Shown here: positions 53,880 to 64,000 of the stretch, piece by piece
Layout of the letters: every line of letters starts with the position of its first letter
Position numbering within the stretch: the first letter of the stretch is position 1
Position numbers and translations under genes: made by a program
The notes under the pieces: generated by a model
Database searches by the model: none
What the model was told of the DNA's origin: nothing
Seen by the model: the letters and a program-made list of their open reading frames with translations, nothing else
Origin: Stegostoma tigrinum
Lineage: Eukaryota
Assembly: GCF_030684315.1 (NCBI RefSeq)
Contig: NC_081369.1
Span: forward strand, 9,648,035-9,712,034
DNA length: 64,000 nucleotides
Direction: 5' to 3'

Positions 53880-55200
53880 CCAAAGATCGAATATGATAGA
53901 TAGGGTATCCTTCATCATCTAGTACTTGCACTGAGTGGAGAAACTACGACATGTTCTTCACAGCCTTCAACACATCATCGATGACAAATGAGTGCCTCAC
54001 CACGATCTTCCCTATGCCTTCTCTTCTCGCCTCAAATAACCGCCAAAACTTCAAAATGCCATTGTTTGCATCAATCTAACCAGCCGTCAGGCCGCCATCG
54101 ATCACAACACACAACCCTGTCATGCAACCTCTGCAAGGCATGCAAGATCATCTTCGTGGTTACTACCATCACATACCGGAACAGCACCCACGTTGTACAT
54201 GGCAGATACTCATGTGACTCAACCAATGTTCTCTTACACATAAAATGCAGACAAGGATGCCCCAATGCATGATATATTGGCAGGATCATGCAGAAGCTAT
54301 GATAAAGGATGAATGGACACGATGCGTTGATCACGGAACAGGGATGTGCCCTCCCAGTGGGAGAACACTTCAGCAATCAAGGAGATTCAGACTCCAATCA
54401 TCGGTAAGTGCTCTCCAAGGTGGACTTCGAGATGCACAAGGCAAAATACCTGAGCAGAGGCTGATAGCCAAGCTCCATACCCAACAAGATGACCTCAATC
54501 CTGATTGTGAGTTCATTTGGCAATACAGGTGACACCACCACTCTATATACTCCCACTCAGACACGCACACATACAGACAGATAGACACACACACAAACAC
54601 ACACCACACACACTCCCCCCACCCACACACACATACACTCACATACATACGCTCTCTCAAGCACACACATGCGCGCACACTCTCTCCCTCATGTGCATGC
54701 ACGCGCGCAAACACACGCACACGCACACGCACATGCACTGACCTATACACGCACGCACATGCGCAGACGCGGACAAGCGCGTGCATTATTTCATCCACGA
54801 CGTTTGTGCCGTTGCAGATACATTCTTCGCTCCAAAAAAAACTTGACCCCAGTTTAAAGCATAGGCAGGTTCCAAACAAAACCTCACGCGTCAAATGCAT
54901 TTTCTGACCTGAGATGTCACCTCTTTCACACATTGATAAAACCTTCAATTATCTCGGGACAATGACTTGAGAGGGGCCTGGGTTTTGCATTTTAAACAGG
55001 AGTCTCCTTCTTAACTGATTAAAGATGCAACAAGAGGCGGCCAGTTTTAAGGTTGTTATCTTTCTGTTTCTGTGTCTTATATCCTGTCTTTCACACAATA
55101 CCTGAGCAACGAGCTGAGCTTGAAAGCTTGTGTTTCGAACAAACCTGTTGGATTTTGATCTTATCCATCCAAGTGCAACATCGTCACCTCCACATCATAT
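53880..55200 (+). mobile_element. Decayed Penelope-like element of a second subfamily with an internal (CA)n-rich tract
   Basis: CKACK, SCDSTNV..IKCRQGC, YIG and EQRLIAKL remnants of GIY-YIG. Confidence 0.7.
54560..54780 (+). repeat. Compound (CA)n/(CACG)n microsatellite
   Basis: Visible; it accounts for the low-complexity ORFs between 54370 and 54948. Confidence 0.9.
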
Positions 55201-57867
55201 CAAAAGAATGGCTGGGTTCTTCTCTGTTGCGATTGATTCTTTAAAAGACTTTGTATCGCATATATACTTCTATTTGATATTTCAGACTCAGTAATGATCT
55301 AGCGAAAACAGTTACCCAAAGCAGTAGCCAACTATGTACGTCATTTCCTTTGGTTTTTCAAGTAACAGTCAAACTTGAACTGTCACAGAACCTATTCGTT
55401 TAGAGAAAGTTAAAATCAGGACCTAATTATAATTAATTTTTTGACCTGGTTGGTTATAGTTCTCCTCGTACTAGTTGCATAATTCCCAAGTCATATAACT
55501 TAATCAAAATACTCCCAAATAAGACTCAATTTAATATTTTGAACCCTCATATTGCTGACATTGCTGACACCAGACTCACTGCGATAAAAGAAAATAGTCC
55601 ACACCAAAAGTCCGTAGATGTGCTAATTGACAAGATTCTAAAACATTTAAGTAACGACCATGATGTGCTGCATTTTCTACAACTGAGATGTAATTAAGTT
55701 AGCACGTGCTCCCATACCTTAATTTATAATTTCCCGAATAATTTCTCCTTCTTGGTTTCAGAACCCTCCATCCAACTTCACTGTAATTGAGGTTAAAGGC
55801 CTGTTGTAGATTATCGGGGCGACACGTTTATACTTGCATGTGCAAAGATTAATAAAAACATTTCTGAATGCAATTGAAAGACAACCCAGAGCTCAGCTGT
55901 GAATGTGTCATTGGGAAATGAAGCTGACCCATTTTGGATTCAAATGCTTAGTCCTCTTAAACAGAACGATCGCCCTGAATCAAAATCGGAACAAGGGAAA
56001 AAACTTGCGAAATTCAAATGCAAAGTTATGCTCTTTCGATTTCTGAAAGAAAATGTACATTGCAATAAGGTCAATCTGGAACTAGAAGGAAAGAATCTAT
56101 TCAGCGTGCAAGATAATACGGAGATACGCCATGACAGTAAGAATGATTGTACGAGCCTGTAAATATGTTTCAATGCAGATTTGTCTTGAAAACAATTGTA
56201 TTGTAAGTATACATGTAATCGACTAATAATTACCAAATAATTAAAAACTTATATGGTAGCTAACATTCTCTAACTCTCAAATATCTTACATCTTAATGAT
56301 TGGATTTTGCGAACATAGACACGCAAGGGCTCAATTAATGCCTTCATTTTACAAGCGCTAAACTGCCACTGCGAATCGCAGGCTCACTCAAAGTCCGTCA
56401 GATGCAGTTCCATTGCAAATGATATGGAAACAAATCACGACGCAGGAATAACTGTTACATGCATTCAAGACTGTAGCAGTCTTCAGTTACTACTTCTCTG
56501 TAAACGGCCTTTGGATTTTCTGGACATTTTCTGTGGTTCCTTCGGTTTTTTTTTCCCTTTTCGTCTCTCTCTCTGCAGTTTGTTCAGATTTCTGATATCC
56601 AGGGAATTCTAGAGTCTCGAATGTGACATATTCAGGCTGACCTCTGCTTTATTTGTAAAACCGATGTTTGAAAATATTGTTGATTTATCGATCTAACCAT
56701 TTTTGATTCCTGCTTACTGTGGTCGTCACAATTATACGCATACAGCTTTAGAGACAACGCACTGTGAAAGACGCAGAACCTTGAAATTCTCTGCTATAAT
56801 ATTATTATTGGTTCTTCACAGGGCATCAACGTTTCCCTTACGAACTTCTCAGCCTCACCTGAGCGTACAGGTGACGCCTCTTCTTCACCTCTTGGAGTTT
56901 CGTTGACATTTTTCAAAACTACTGCTGTATAAATCACGTTCTTGCTCGCAAGAGACAAGCCGACTATTTATTAGCTCGTTAGTGAATGGATTTCAACATA
57001 TACAGACTGGCGATTAGGCAGTCAACATAAGTGGGCCAGGGGCTTCAAAAGAATGCAGAAGCAACCGTTAATATATATAAAGGTCTTTTGATGATGAAGC
57101 CAATAATACGGTGTCTATTGTAACCGAAATTTCATTCATACAGTTTCACCACAATTGTATCATAGGTGTTTTTAAACAAGAGGCGCGTTCAGTGTTTTAA
57201 TCATTTACCAAACGCTTCAAGATTAGCCACAGGACGGCGGAACATCTGCTTATTGCATAGCTGCGCATTGTTAAAGCGGCTACATTTTCCTCACCAAGCC
57301 TCTATCTCACTGAAGTGTCAAATTGTTTTGAACATCATAACAACTATAAGCAAATATTTGTAGTGAAAGAGCTTGTAATAAAACATTTCCATTTTGACAT
57401 GGTGTACGTAAATAGGAATCCGTTTCTTGGGAAAAAAGCAACGAGCTTACCAGCTCGTCACAAGAATTCACAATTGTTACACTTTTCTATTTAACTGGCG
57501 AAAAGGTCCATCTTAATTCATTTCACTGATTACGCTTTGTGTTTTATACATTATCTCCGAAGAAAGGTGGAAGTTGGTATGATTATACACATGAAATGTA
57601 AGCTGACAACTACAGCCCATATGAAAAAAAGCCGATTCAACGGACTTCATTGAAACAAATACATTTGGAATTCTTGAGACATCTGTCACTTAGTAGACCA
57701 TACCAGATATATGGCCATTCACTACAGAGCAGTAATAGGCGATCTACAAGATTCAAAACTCAAAGGCAGCACAGTACCATATGAAAGATACCAGGGAGCA
57801 ATCAAAACATGGGAAGTTCTAGTTGCTCTGTTCGGACATTGAATATTCTGACCATTTTCAGTCACTG

Positions 57868-59150
57868 ATGATGAAGTGCAAACTTTGGTCCAAACAACAT
57901 CAGACTGGTCTTCCATTGTTAGGTAATGGGCTATATATAAATAAAAATTTTCGCATACGAAATAGAGGTCTATGCCATGTTTAGTGGATTTAAGAAAAAT
58001 AGTAAGCTTTTGAGAGAAAAAAATGCAGATAAAATTATTGTATATTTTATTCTAGAGACACTGGCAGCACTGACAAAGGTGCATACTGTAACTGACATTT
58101 CAGATCTTTTTTGCCCTTATTTAAGCACAGCTGCACCGTTCATGTCATCATTTTGAAAGTCCGTTAATGACAGTTACTTGTGGCTGGAGTTACCCATCAT
58201 TCAGAACATGTTAAAAGGCAGATAATCTGTTGCTTGGCATTTTGTGACAACCCCTCAAATTAATAATCTCTCACTTTTTTCTAATTTTAATTGGATTTAA
58301 AGTCCTCACCATCTGTTATGAATCATAGGTCTGGAACTGTTGATTACTCGTCTAGTAGCATGAATACTACAAAACTGTAAACACCTTGTTCCATATTTAT
58401 AACTAAGTAATTGACATGTTAGCAGCAATGCGGGTATAAAGATGTCGAGAAACTCGCCCTCAGACAAACAGCAAAGCCTTGAATGAATGTTCAACTGAAC
58501 CGGGTGACTTGCAGCTTCCTCAGTTGTTCGAACAAACATCTGGATTTTGTACTTCCGATCACATTTCACAACTCCACATGAGCAAATGGCCATCCCATTG
58601 TAATCCGTTAGGGACCTTACAAATTCATAACTCCATTAGAAATATGAATGCTCGAATCATTGGAAGAACATCACAGAAGAATGACATGTTGGGCACAGGG
58701 CCTCAAACTGAAAGAATATGTCAAACGTAGCTTCTTGCATCGAGAATGTGGAAATTTATGGTGGTAGCATGCAATAACCGGATTTTTCACGTTATGTTTG
58801 TTATGATCCTTCTACTAAGATTTCTAAATTTAGCCCCAAGCTCCAGCAAAAGATTATTCTTTGCATGGCATCCAATCGCCATTCTTATATAATACCCGTA
58901 AGACACTCTTACCACCCCTCTGAAGATCTTTATAACTATCAGAGGATTGAGATCAAGCCTACTATTATTGTTTGAACAGACTTTGACCCCAATAAGGATC
59001 ATCTATAATAGAATTGTCAGTCCACACATCACATATCCAGACATCCAGGTATACTGATATTTACCATCTGCTTTGCAACGCTAAAACGATTAGTGCTGAA
59101 TTTGTTATTTATGTCTGTCATTGCTTAAAAAGAAACCCCGAGATAATTTG
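57868..59150 (+). pseudogene. Gene D: decayed L-V-C1 paralog
   Basis: 55-nt phase-1 ATG exon 57868-57922, the same size as the gene B leader. V remnant about 58442-58720 (LRQTAK..VTCSF, GTLQIHN..NARI, GTG..KLKEY). C1-like remnant from 58834 (APS..KIIL, PNKDHL..RIVS, Y-ICFAT). Confidence 0.45.
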
Positions 59151-60309
59151 CTGGTTAAACTACTGCTCACAGTTGTACAGCTATGCTTTATGTCTGGAGA
59201 ATAGCATTATTAAAAAAAAACTTTATAGATCTGCCGTCAAAATTAACTACATCTCACAAAGGATGGCTGAAGACCAGAATAATACGAGACGGAAAGTTTC
59301 CCTTTGGAATATTGTAATCAGTAGCTTGAGAGGTAATGGCGAGGGGAAGTAGTGATATTGCATTGATAGGTTTTTTGCTATTACTAAGAATTAAAATATG
59401 GATTGCATACATTCGATTGACACACAACCTCAATATATTGGCCGACGCAAGACATTATTCGAATACAAATAAGTATTACCACAATATTGTTTGTTAATTA
59501 TAGGGAAATGGTTCAGAATGAATCAGCTGGTTGCAATTGGGTATACTGTATGTCTGCGTTGCAAGTGAGATTAAAAGCACAAAATGCATTCCAGCTCCAA
59601 AGCTCTGTATCTTGTTGACATAAATCTACACAAAACTGTATGGGATGATTTCCTGGAGTGTGTATTAAATGGTTTCCTGTGGAAGAGTATTGAGAAACAA
59701 ATGGTGATCCCGCTATTTTATATCTGGTGTTACGTCAAAAAAGAGATAATCAGTAACCTTCTTGTAAAACAAACTTGAGAGATGAATGAATGTAGTAATC
59801 TACTATATAATTGTATGTACATAATGTTTGAAACTGAGATATTTGGGGTCAAGTACTAAATTCAAGCAACTGAAATTTGGAGGATGTGGCAGGCCACTTA
59901 GCTGAGAAGAATTGGAAATGTGTCAAGGTATATAGACAGGGTCCTTTGAAGAGGCTTGTAGAAGCTTCATGTATATTCTGATATAAGTACCTTGAAAATA
60001 CAACAAGAAATTAAATTGCCAGCAAAACATTAATGTGTGCTGTGAGAAAGCTGTGAAGCGATTTGCAGCATAGTCGGACAGACTTAGTGAGTGGCAAGAA
60101 AACAGCAGATAGAAGATGATGTGCAAACATGCGTGTCCTTAATAAGAGGAGCAGTTGTTCAGAGTACCACTTCAGTGACAAGATGTCATGCTGTACTGCA
60201 TAGTGTACTGAAGCCTTGAGACGGATCTAATGACTTCAAGCATGAGTTACTTAATGCTAGTATGGATGAACAGTAAGTAATTAGTAAAATGAATGCATGT
60301 TAGTCGTTA

Positions 60310-61281
60310 GAGATAATGGGAACTGCAGATGCTGGAGAATTCCAAGACAATAAAATGTGAGGCTGGATGAACACAGCAGGCCAAGCAGCATCTCAGGAGC
60401 ACAAAAGCTGACGTTTCGGGCCTAGACCCTTCATCAGAGAGGGGGATGGGGAGAGGGAACTGGAATAAATAGGTAGAGAGGGGGAGGCGGACCGAAGATG
60501 GAGAGAAAAGAAGATAGGTGGAGAGAGTATAGGTGGGGAGGTAGGGAGGGGATAGGTCAGTCCAGGGAAGACGGACAGGTCAAGGAGGTGGGATGAGGTT
60601 AGTAGGTAGATGGGGGTGCGACTTGGGGTGGGAGGAAGGGAGAGGTGAGAGGAAGAACCGGTTAGGGAGGCAGAGACAGGCTGGGCTGGTTTTGGGATGC
60701 AGTGGGTGGGGGGGAAGAGCTGGGCTGGTTGTGTGGTGCAGTGGGGTGAGGGGACGAACTGGGCTGGTTTAGGGATGCAGTTAGGGAAGGGGAGATTTTG
60801 AACCTGGTGAAGTCCACATTGATACCATTAGGCTGCAGGGTTCCCAGGTGGAATATGAGTTGCATTTACTGCAACCTTCGGGTGGCATCATTGTGGCACT
60901 GCAGGAGGCCCATGATGGTCATGTCATCTAAAGAATGGGAGGGGGAGTGGAAATGGTTTGCGACTGGGAGGTGCAGTTGTTTGTTGCGAACTGAGCGGAG
61001 GTGCTCTGCAAAGCGATCTCCAAGCCTCCGCTTGGTTTCCCCAATGTAGAGGAAGCCACACCGGGTACAGTGGATACAGTATACCACATTGGCAGATGTG
61101 CAGGTGAACCTCTGCTTAATGTGGAATGCCATCTTGGGGCATGGGATAGGGGTGAGGGAGGAGGTGTGGGGGCAAGTGTAGCATTTCGTGCGGTTGCAGG
61201 GAAAGGTGCTGGGTGTGGTGGGGTTGGAGGGCAGTGTGGAGCGAACAAGGGAGTCACGGAGAGAGTGGTCTCTCCGGAAAA
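60310..61281 (-). mobile_element. Penelope-like element 3' portion (GIY-YIG endonuclease)
   Basis: FTCTSANVVYCIHCTRCGFLYIGETKRRLGDRFAEH. Perfect 14-bp TSD CATGTTAGTCGTTA at 60296-60309 and 61282-61295. Confidence 0.92.
60408..60437 (-). ncRNA. Minimal hammerhead ribozyme motif (identical copy)
   Basis: Reverse complement reads CTGATGAAGGGTCTAGGCCCGAAACGTCAG. Confidence 0.65.
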
Positions 61282-61339
61282 CATGTTAGTCGTTATCAGA
61301 TGAGGATTTGAGTACAGGTTTGCTTTCATAGAACAGAAG

Positions 61340-61635
61340 CGGCATGGTGGCACAATGGTTAACGTTGCTGCCTCACAGCACCAGGGACGGAGGTTCGACT
61401 CTGGGCTTGGGCGTCTGTCTGTGTAGAGTCTGTACATTCTCCCCGTGTCTAAGTGGGTTTCCTCCCACAGTCCAGAGATGTGCAGGTTAGGTGGATTGGC
61501 CGTGCTAAATTGCCCGTAGTGTTCAGGCTGTGTAGCTTAGGTAGGTTATGGGGGGAGGGGTGGTGGATCTCGGTGAAATACACTGAGGTCCTGTGTGGCT
61601 TTGATGGGCCGAAGGGTTCTAATTCTAATTCTAAG
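61340..61635 (+). mobile_element. HE1-like SINE
   Basis: tRNA-like head (B box GGTTCGACTC), V-domain, TTCTAA-repeat tail. Confidence 0.8.
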
Positions 61636-61845
61636 CTCGGTTAGGTTTTACACCCGACAATTTCTCAATTGATTATAGACTTCCCATTTTCAGCGTTTCT
61701 GAGAGGGTCTCCAAAACCTGGTGTGATGTATTATTTATTGTATTTGCTGTGATTCTGTCAGAAGGTAGTCTTGTGGTCAACGTGTAATGAAAACCTTCCA
61801 GGAGAGGAATAAAGGAACACAGGAGAGGGAAAATTAAGATGATTA

Positions 61846-63357
61846 GAGATAATGGGAACCGCAGATGCTGGAGAATCCAAGATAAAAAAAGTGTGAAGCT
61901 GGATGAACACAGCAGGCCAAGCAGCGTCTCAGGAGCACAAGAGCTGACGTTTTGGGCCTAGACCCTTCATCAGAGAGGGGGATGGGGAGAGGGTTCTGGA
62001 ATAAATAGGGAGAGAGGGGGAGGCGGACCGAAGATGGAGAGAAAAGATAGGTGTAGAGGAGAGTACAGGTGGGGAGGTAGAGAGGGGCTAGGTCAGTCCA
62101 GGGAGGACGGACTCTCTGTCCTGCAGACCCGACCAGTCCCCCTCCACCGCCACCCTCATCCGCCTAGCTGAACTCGTCCTCACCCTCAACAACTTCTCTT
62201 TCGATTCCTCCCACTTCCTAAAGACAAAGAGGGTGGCCATGGGCACCCGCATGGGCCCCAGCTATGCCTGCCTCTTTGTAGGTTACATGGAACAGTCCCT
62301 CTTCCGCACCTACACAGGCCCCCAAGACCCACCTCTTCCTCCGTTACATTGATGACTGTATCAGCGCCGCCTCTTGTTCCCCAGAGGAGCTCGAACAGTT
62401 CATCCACTTCACCAACATCTTCCACCGCAACCTCAAGTTCACCTGGGCCATCTCCAACACATCCTTCACCTTCCTGGACCTCTCAGTCCCCATCTCAGGC
62501 AACCAGCTTGTAACTGATGTCCATGTCAAGCCCACCGACTCCCACAGCGACCTAGAACACACCTCCTCCCACCCACCCTCCTGCAGAAATTCCATCCCCT
62601 ATTCCCAATTCCACTGCCTCTGCCGCATCTGCTCCCAGGATGAGGCATTCCACTCCCATACATCCCAGATGCACCTGCACATCTGCCAATGTGGTATACT
62701 GTATCCATTGTACCCAGTGTGGCTCCGTCTACATTGGGGAAACCAAGCGGAGGCTTGGGGACCGCTTTGCAGAACACCTCCGCTCGGTTTGCAATAAACA
62801 ACTGCACCTCCCAGTCGCGAACCATTTCAACTCACCCTCCCATTCCTCAGACGACATGTCCATCATGGGCCTCCCGCAGTGCCACAATGATGCCACCCGA
62901 AGGTTGCAGGAACAGCAACTCATATTCCACTTGGGAACCCTGCATCCCAATGGTATCAATGTGAGCTTCACCAGCTTCAAAATCTCTCCTTCCCCCACTG
63001 CATCCCAAAACCAGCCCAGCCTGTCTCTGCCTCCCTAACCTGTTCTTCCTCTCACCCATCCCTTCCTTCCATCTCAAGCCGCACCTCCATTTCCTACCTG
63101 CTAACTTCATCCCACCCCCTTGACCTGTCTGTCTTCCCTGGACTGACTTATCCCCTCCCTACCTCCCCACCTATACTCTCCTCTCCACCGACCTTCTTTT
63201 CTCTCCATCTTCGGTCCGCCTCTCCCTCTCTCCGTATTTATTCCAGAACCCTCACCCCATCCCCCTCTCTGATGAAGGGTCTAGGCCCGAAACGTCAGCT
63301 TTTGTGCTCCTGACATGCTGTTTGGCCTGCTGTGTTCATCCAGCTTCATACTTTGTT
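61846..63357 (+). mobile_element. Penelope-like element with inverted 5' end, internally deleted RT and GIY-YIG
   Basis: GVAMGTRMGPSYACLF and FLRYIDD (RT), then VVYCIHCTQCGSVYIGETK. Perfect 13-bp TSD ATTAAGATGATTA at 61833-61845 and 63358-63370. Confidence 0.93.
63269..63298 (+). ncRNA. Minimal type I hammerhead ribozyme motif in the Penelope terminus
   Basis: CTGATGA-a-GGGTCTAGGCCC (stem II)-GAAA-CGTC-AG, with palindromic ACGT helix III and a GUC cleavage triplet. Confidence 0.65.
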
Positions 63358-63598
63358 ATTAAGATGATTAATGCCGCTCCGTCATTACGATCGTGGCTGA
63401 TCATCCATGACAGTGTGTGAGCCTTTGATCCGCTGATCTTTTGAAGGATATTACTGCCATGGATTCAGCGCAACAAAAGTTCACTGGACTTGTTCTTGGG
63501 ATGGTAGAATTCTTCAGTGGAGTGATAGGCAAAACTGAGCCTGCATCCTCCAAAGTTTCACAAAATGACGACGATCTCATTGGAACGCACAAGCACTC

Positions 63599-63905
63599 TG
63601 GAACAGTGGTTAACACTGCTGCCTCAGAGCGCCAGAGGCCCGGGTTAAATTCCATCTTTGGGCGACTGTCTGTGTGGAGTTCGCACATTCTCCCTGTCTC
63701 TAAGTGGGTTTCCTCCGGGTGCTCCGGTTTCCTCCCTTAGTTAAACGATTTGCAGACTAGGTGGATTGGCCATGCCAAACTGCCCGTAGTGTACAGGGAT
63801 TCGAACATGAGGTGGTTTACAGGGGGATGAGTTTGGGTGGGTGCTCTGAGGGTCGGTGTGGACTTGTTGAGCCGAAGGGCCTGTTTCCACGCTGTAGAGA
63901 TTCTA
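63599..63905 (+). mobile_element. HE1-like SINE
   Basis: Degenerate tRNA head, V-domain and the same 3' tail as the copy at 10787. Confidence 0.8.
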
Positions 63906-64000
63906 CGAAATGACTTAATAGAAAGAAAATGGTCCATCACTGAATATATTTCCCATAGTTGGAGGCTCGAGTACCACGGGACGTTATGAAGCCACTTCGC

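Noticed and set aside
54370-54948. 192-aa ORF and overlapping ORFs
   Set aside because: Low-complexity translation of the CA/CACG microsatellite and antisense Penelope sequence
55899-56236. 87-aa and 98-aa ORFs in unique sequence
   Set aside because: No recognisable motif or convincing splice context
1-64000. Prokaryotic-type systems (CRISPR array, operons, retron-like RT)
   Set aside because: No regularly spaced repeat-spacer array. All RT and endonuclease fragments belong to eukaryotic CR1/L2-group or Penelope retroelements.

Overview
Eukaryotic genomic DNA from a cartilaginous fish. This is inferred from the HE1/V-SINE, CR1 and Penelope repeat content; the species cannot be determined. 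The window is repeat-rich, and most long ORFs in the supplied track are transposon fragments or noise. Splicing by hand reveals a cluster of non-rearranging immunoglobulin-superfamily receptor genes. Gene B (+ strand, 22292-27177) is intact: six phase-compatible exons, 307 aa, with leader, NKp30-like germline-joined VJ domain, C1-set domain, neutral TM and an ITIM (VTYAIV). Gene A is a head-to-head paralog on the - strand (V 13194-13481, C1 8884-9179) with a 1-nt deletion at the conserved C1 Trp and a GTG where its start codon is expected. Two more heavily decayed + strand paralogs are suggested at about 36.4-37.5 kb and 57.9-59.2 kb, and ITIM-like orphan exons lie at 42.3 and 56.6 kb. The rest is CR1-type LINEs (one nearly intact), tRNA-derived SINEs and Penelope-like elements. 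Several Penelope copies have inverted ends, 12-15 bp target-site duplications and minimal hammerhead-ribozyme motifs.
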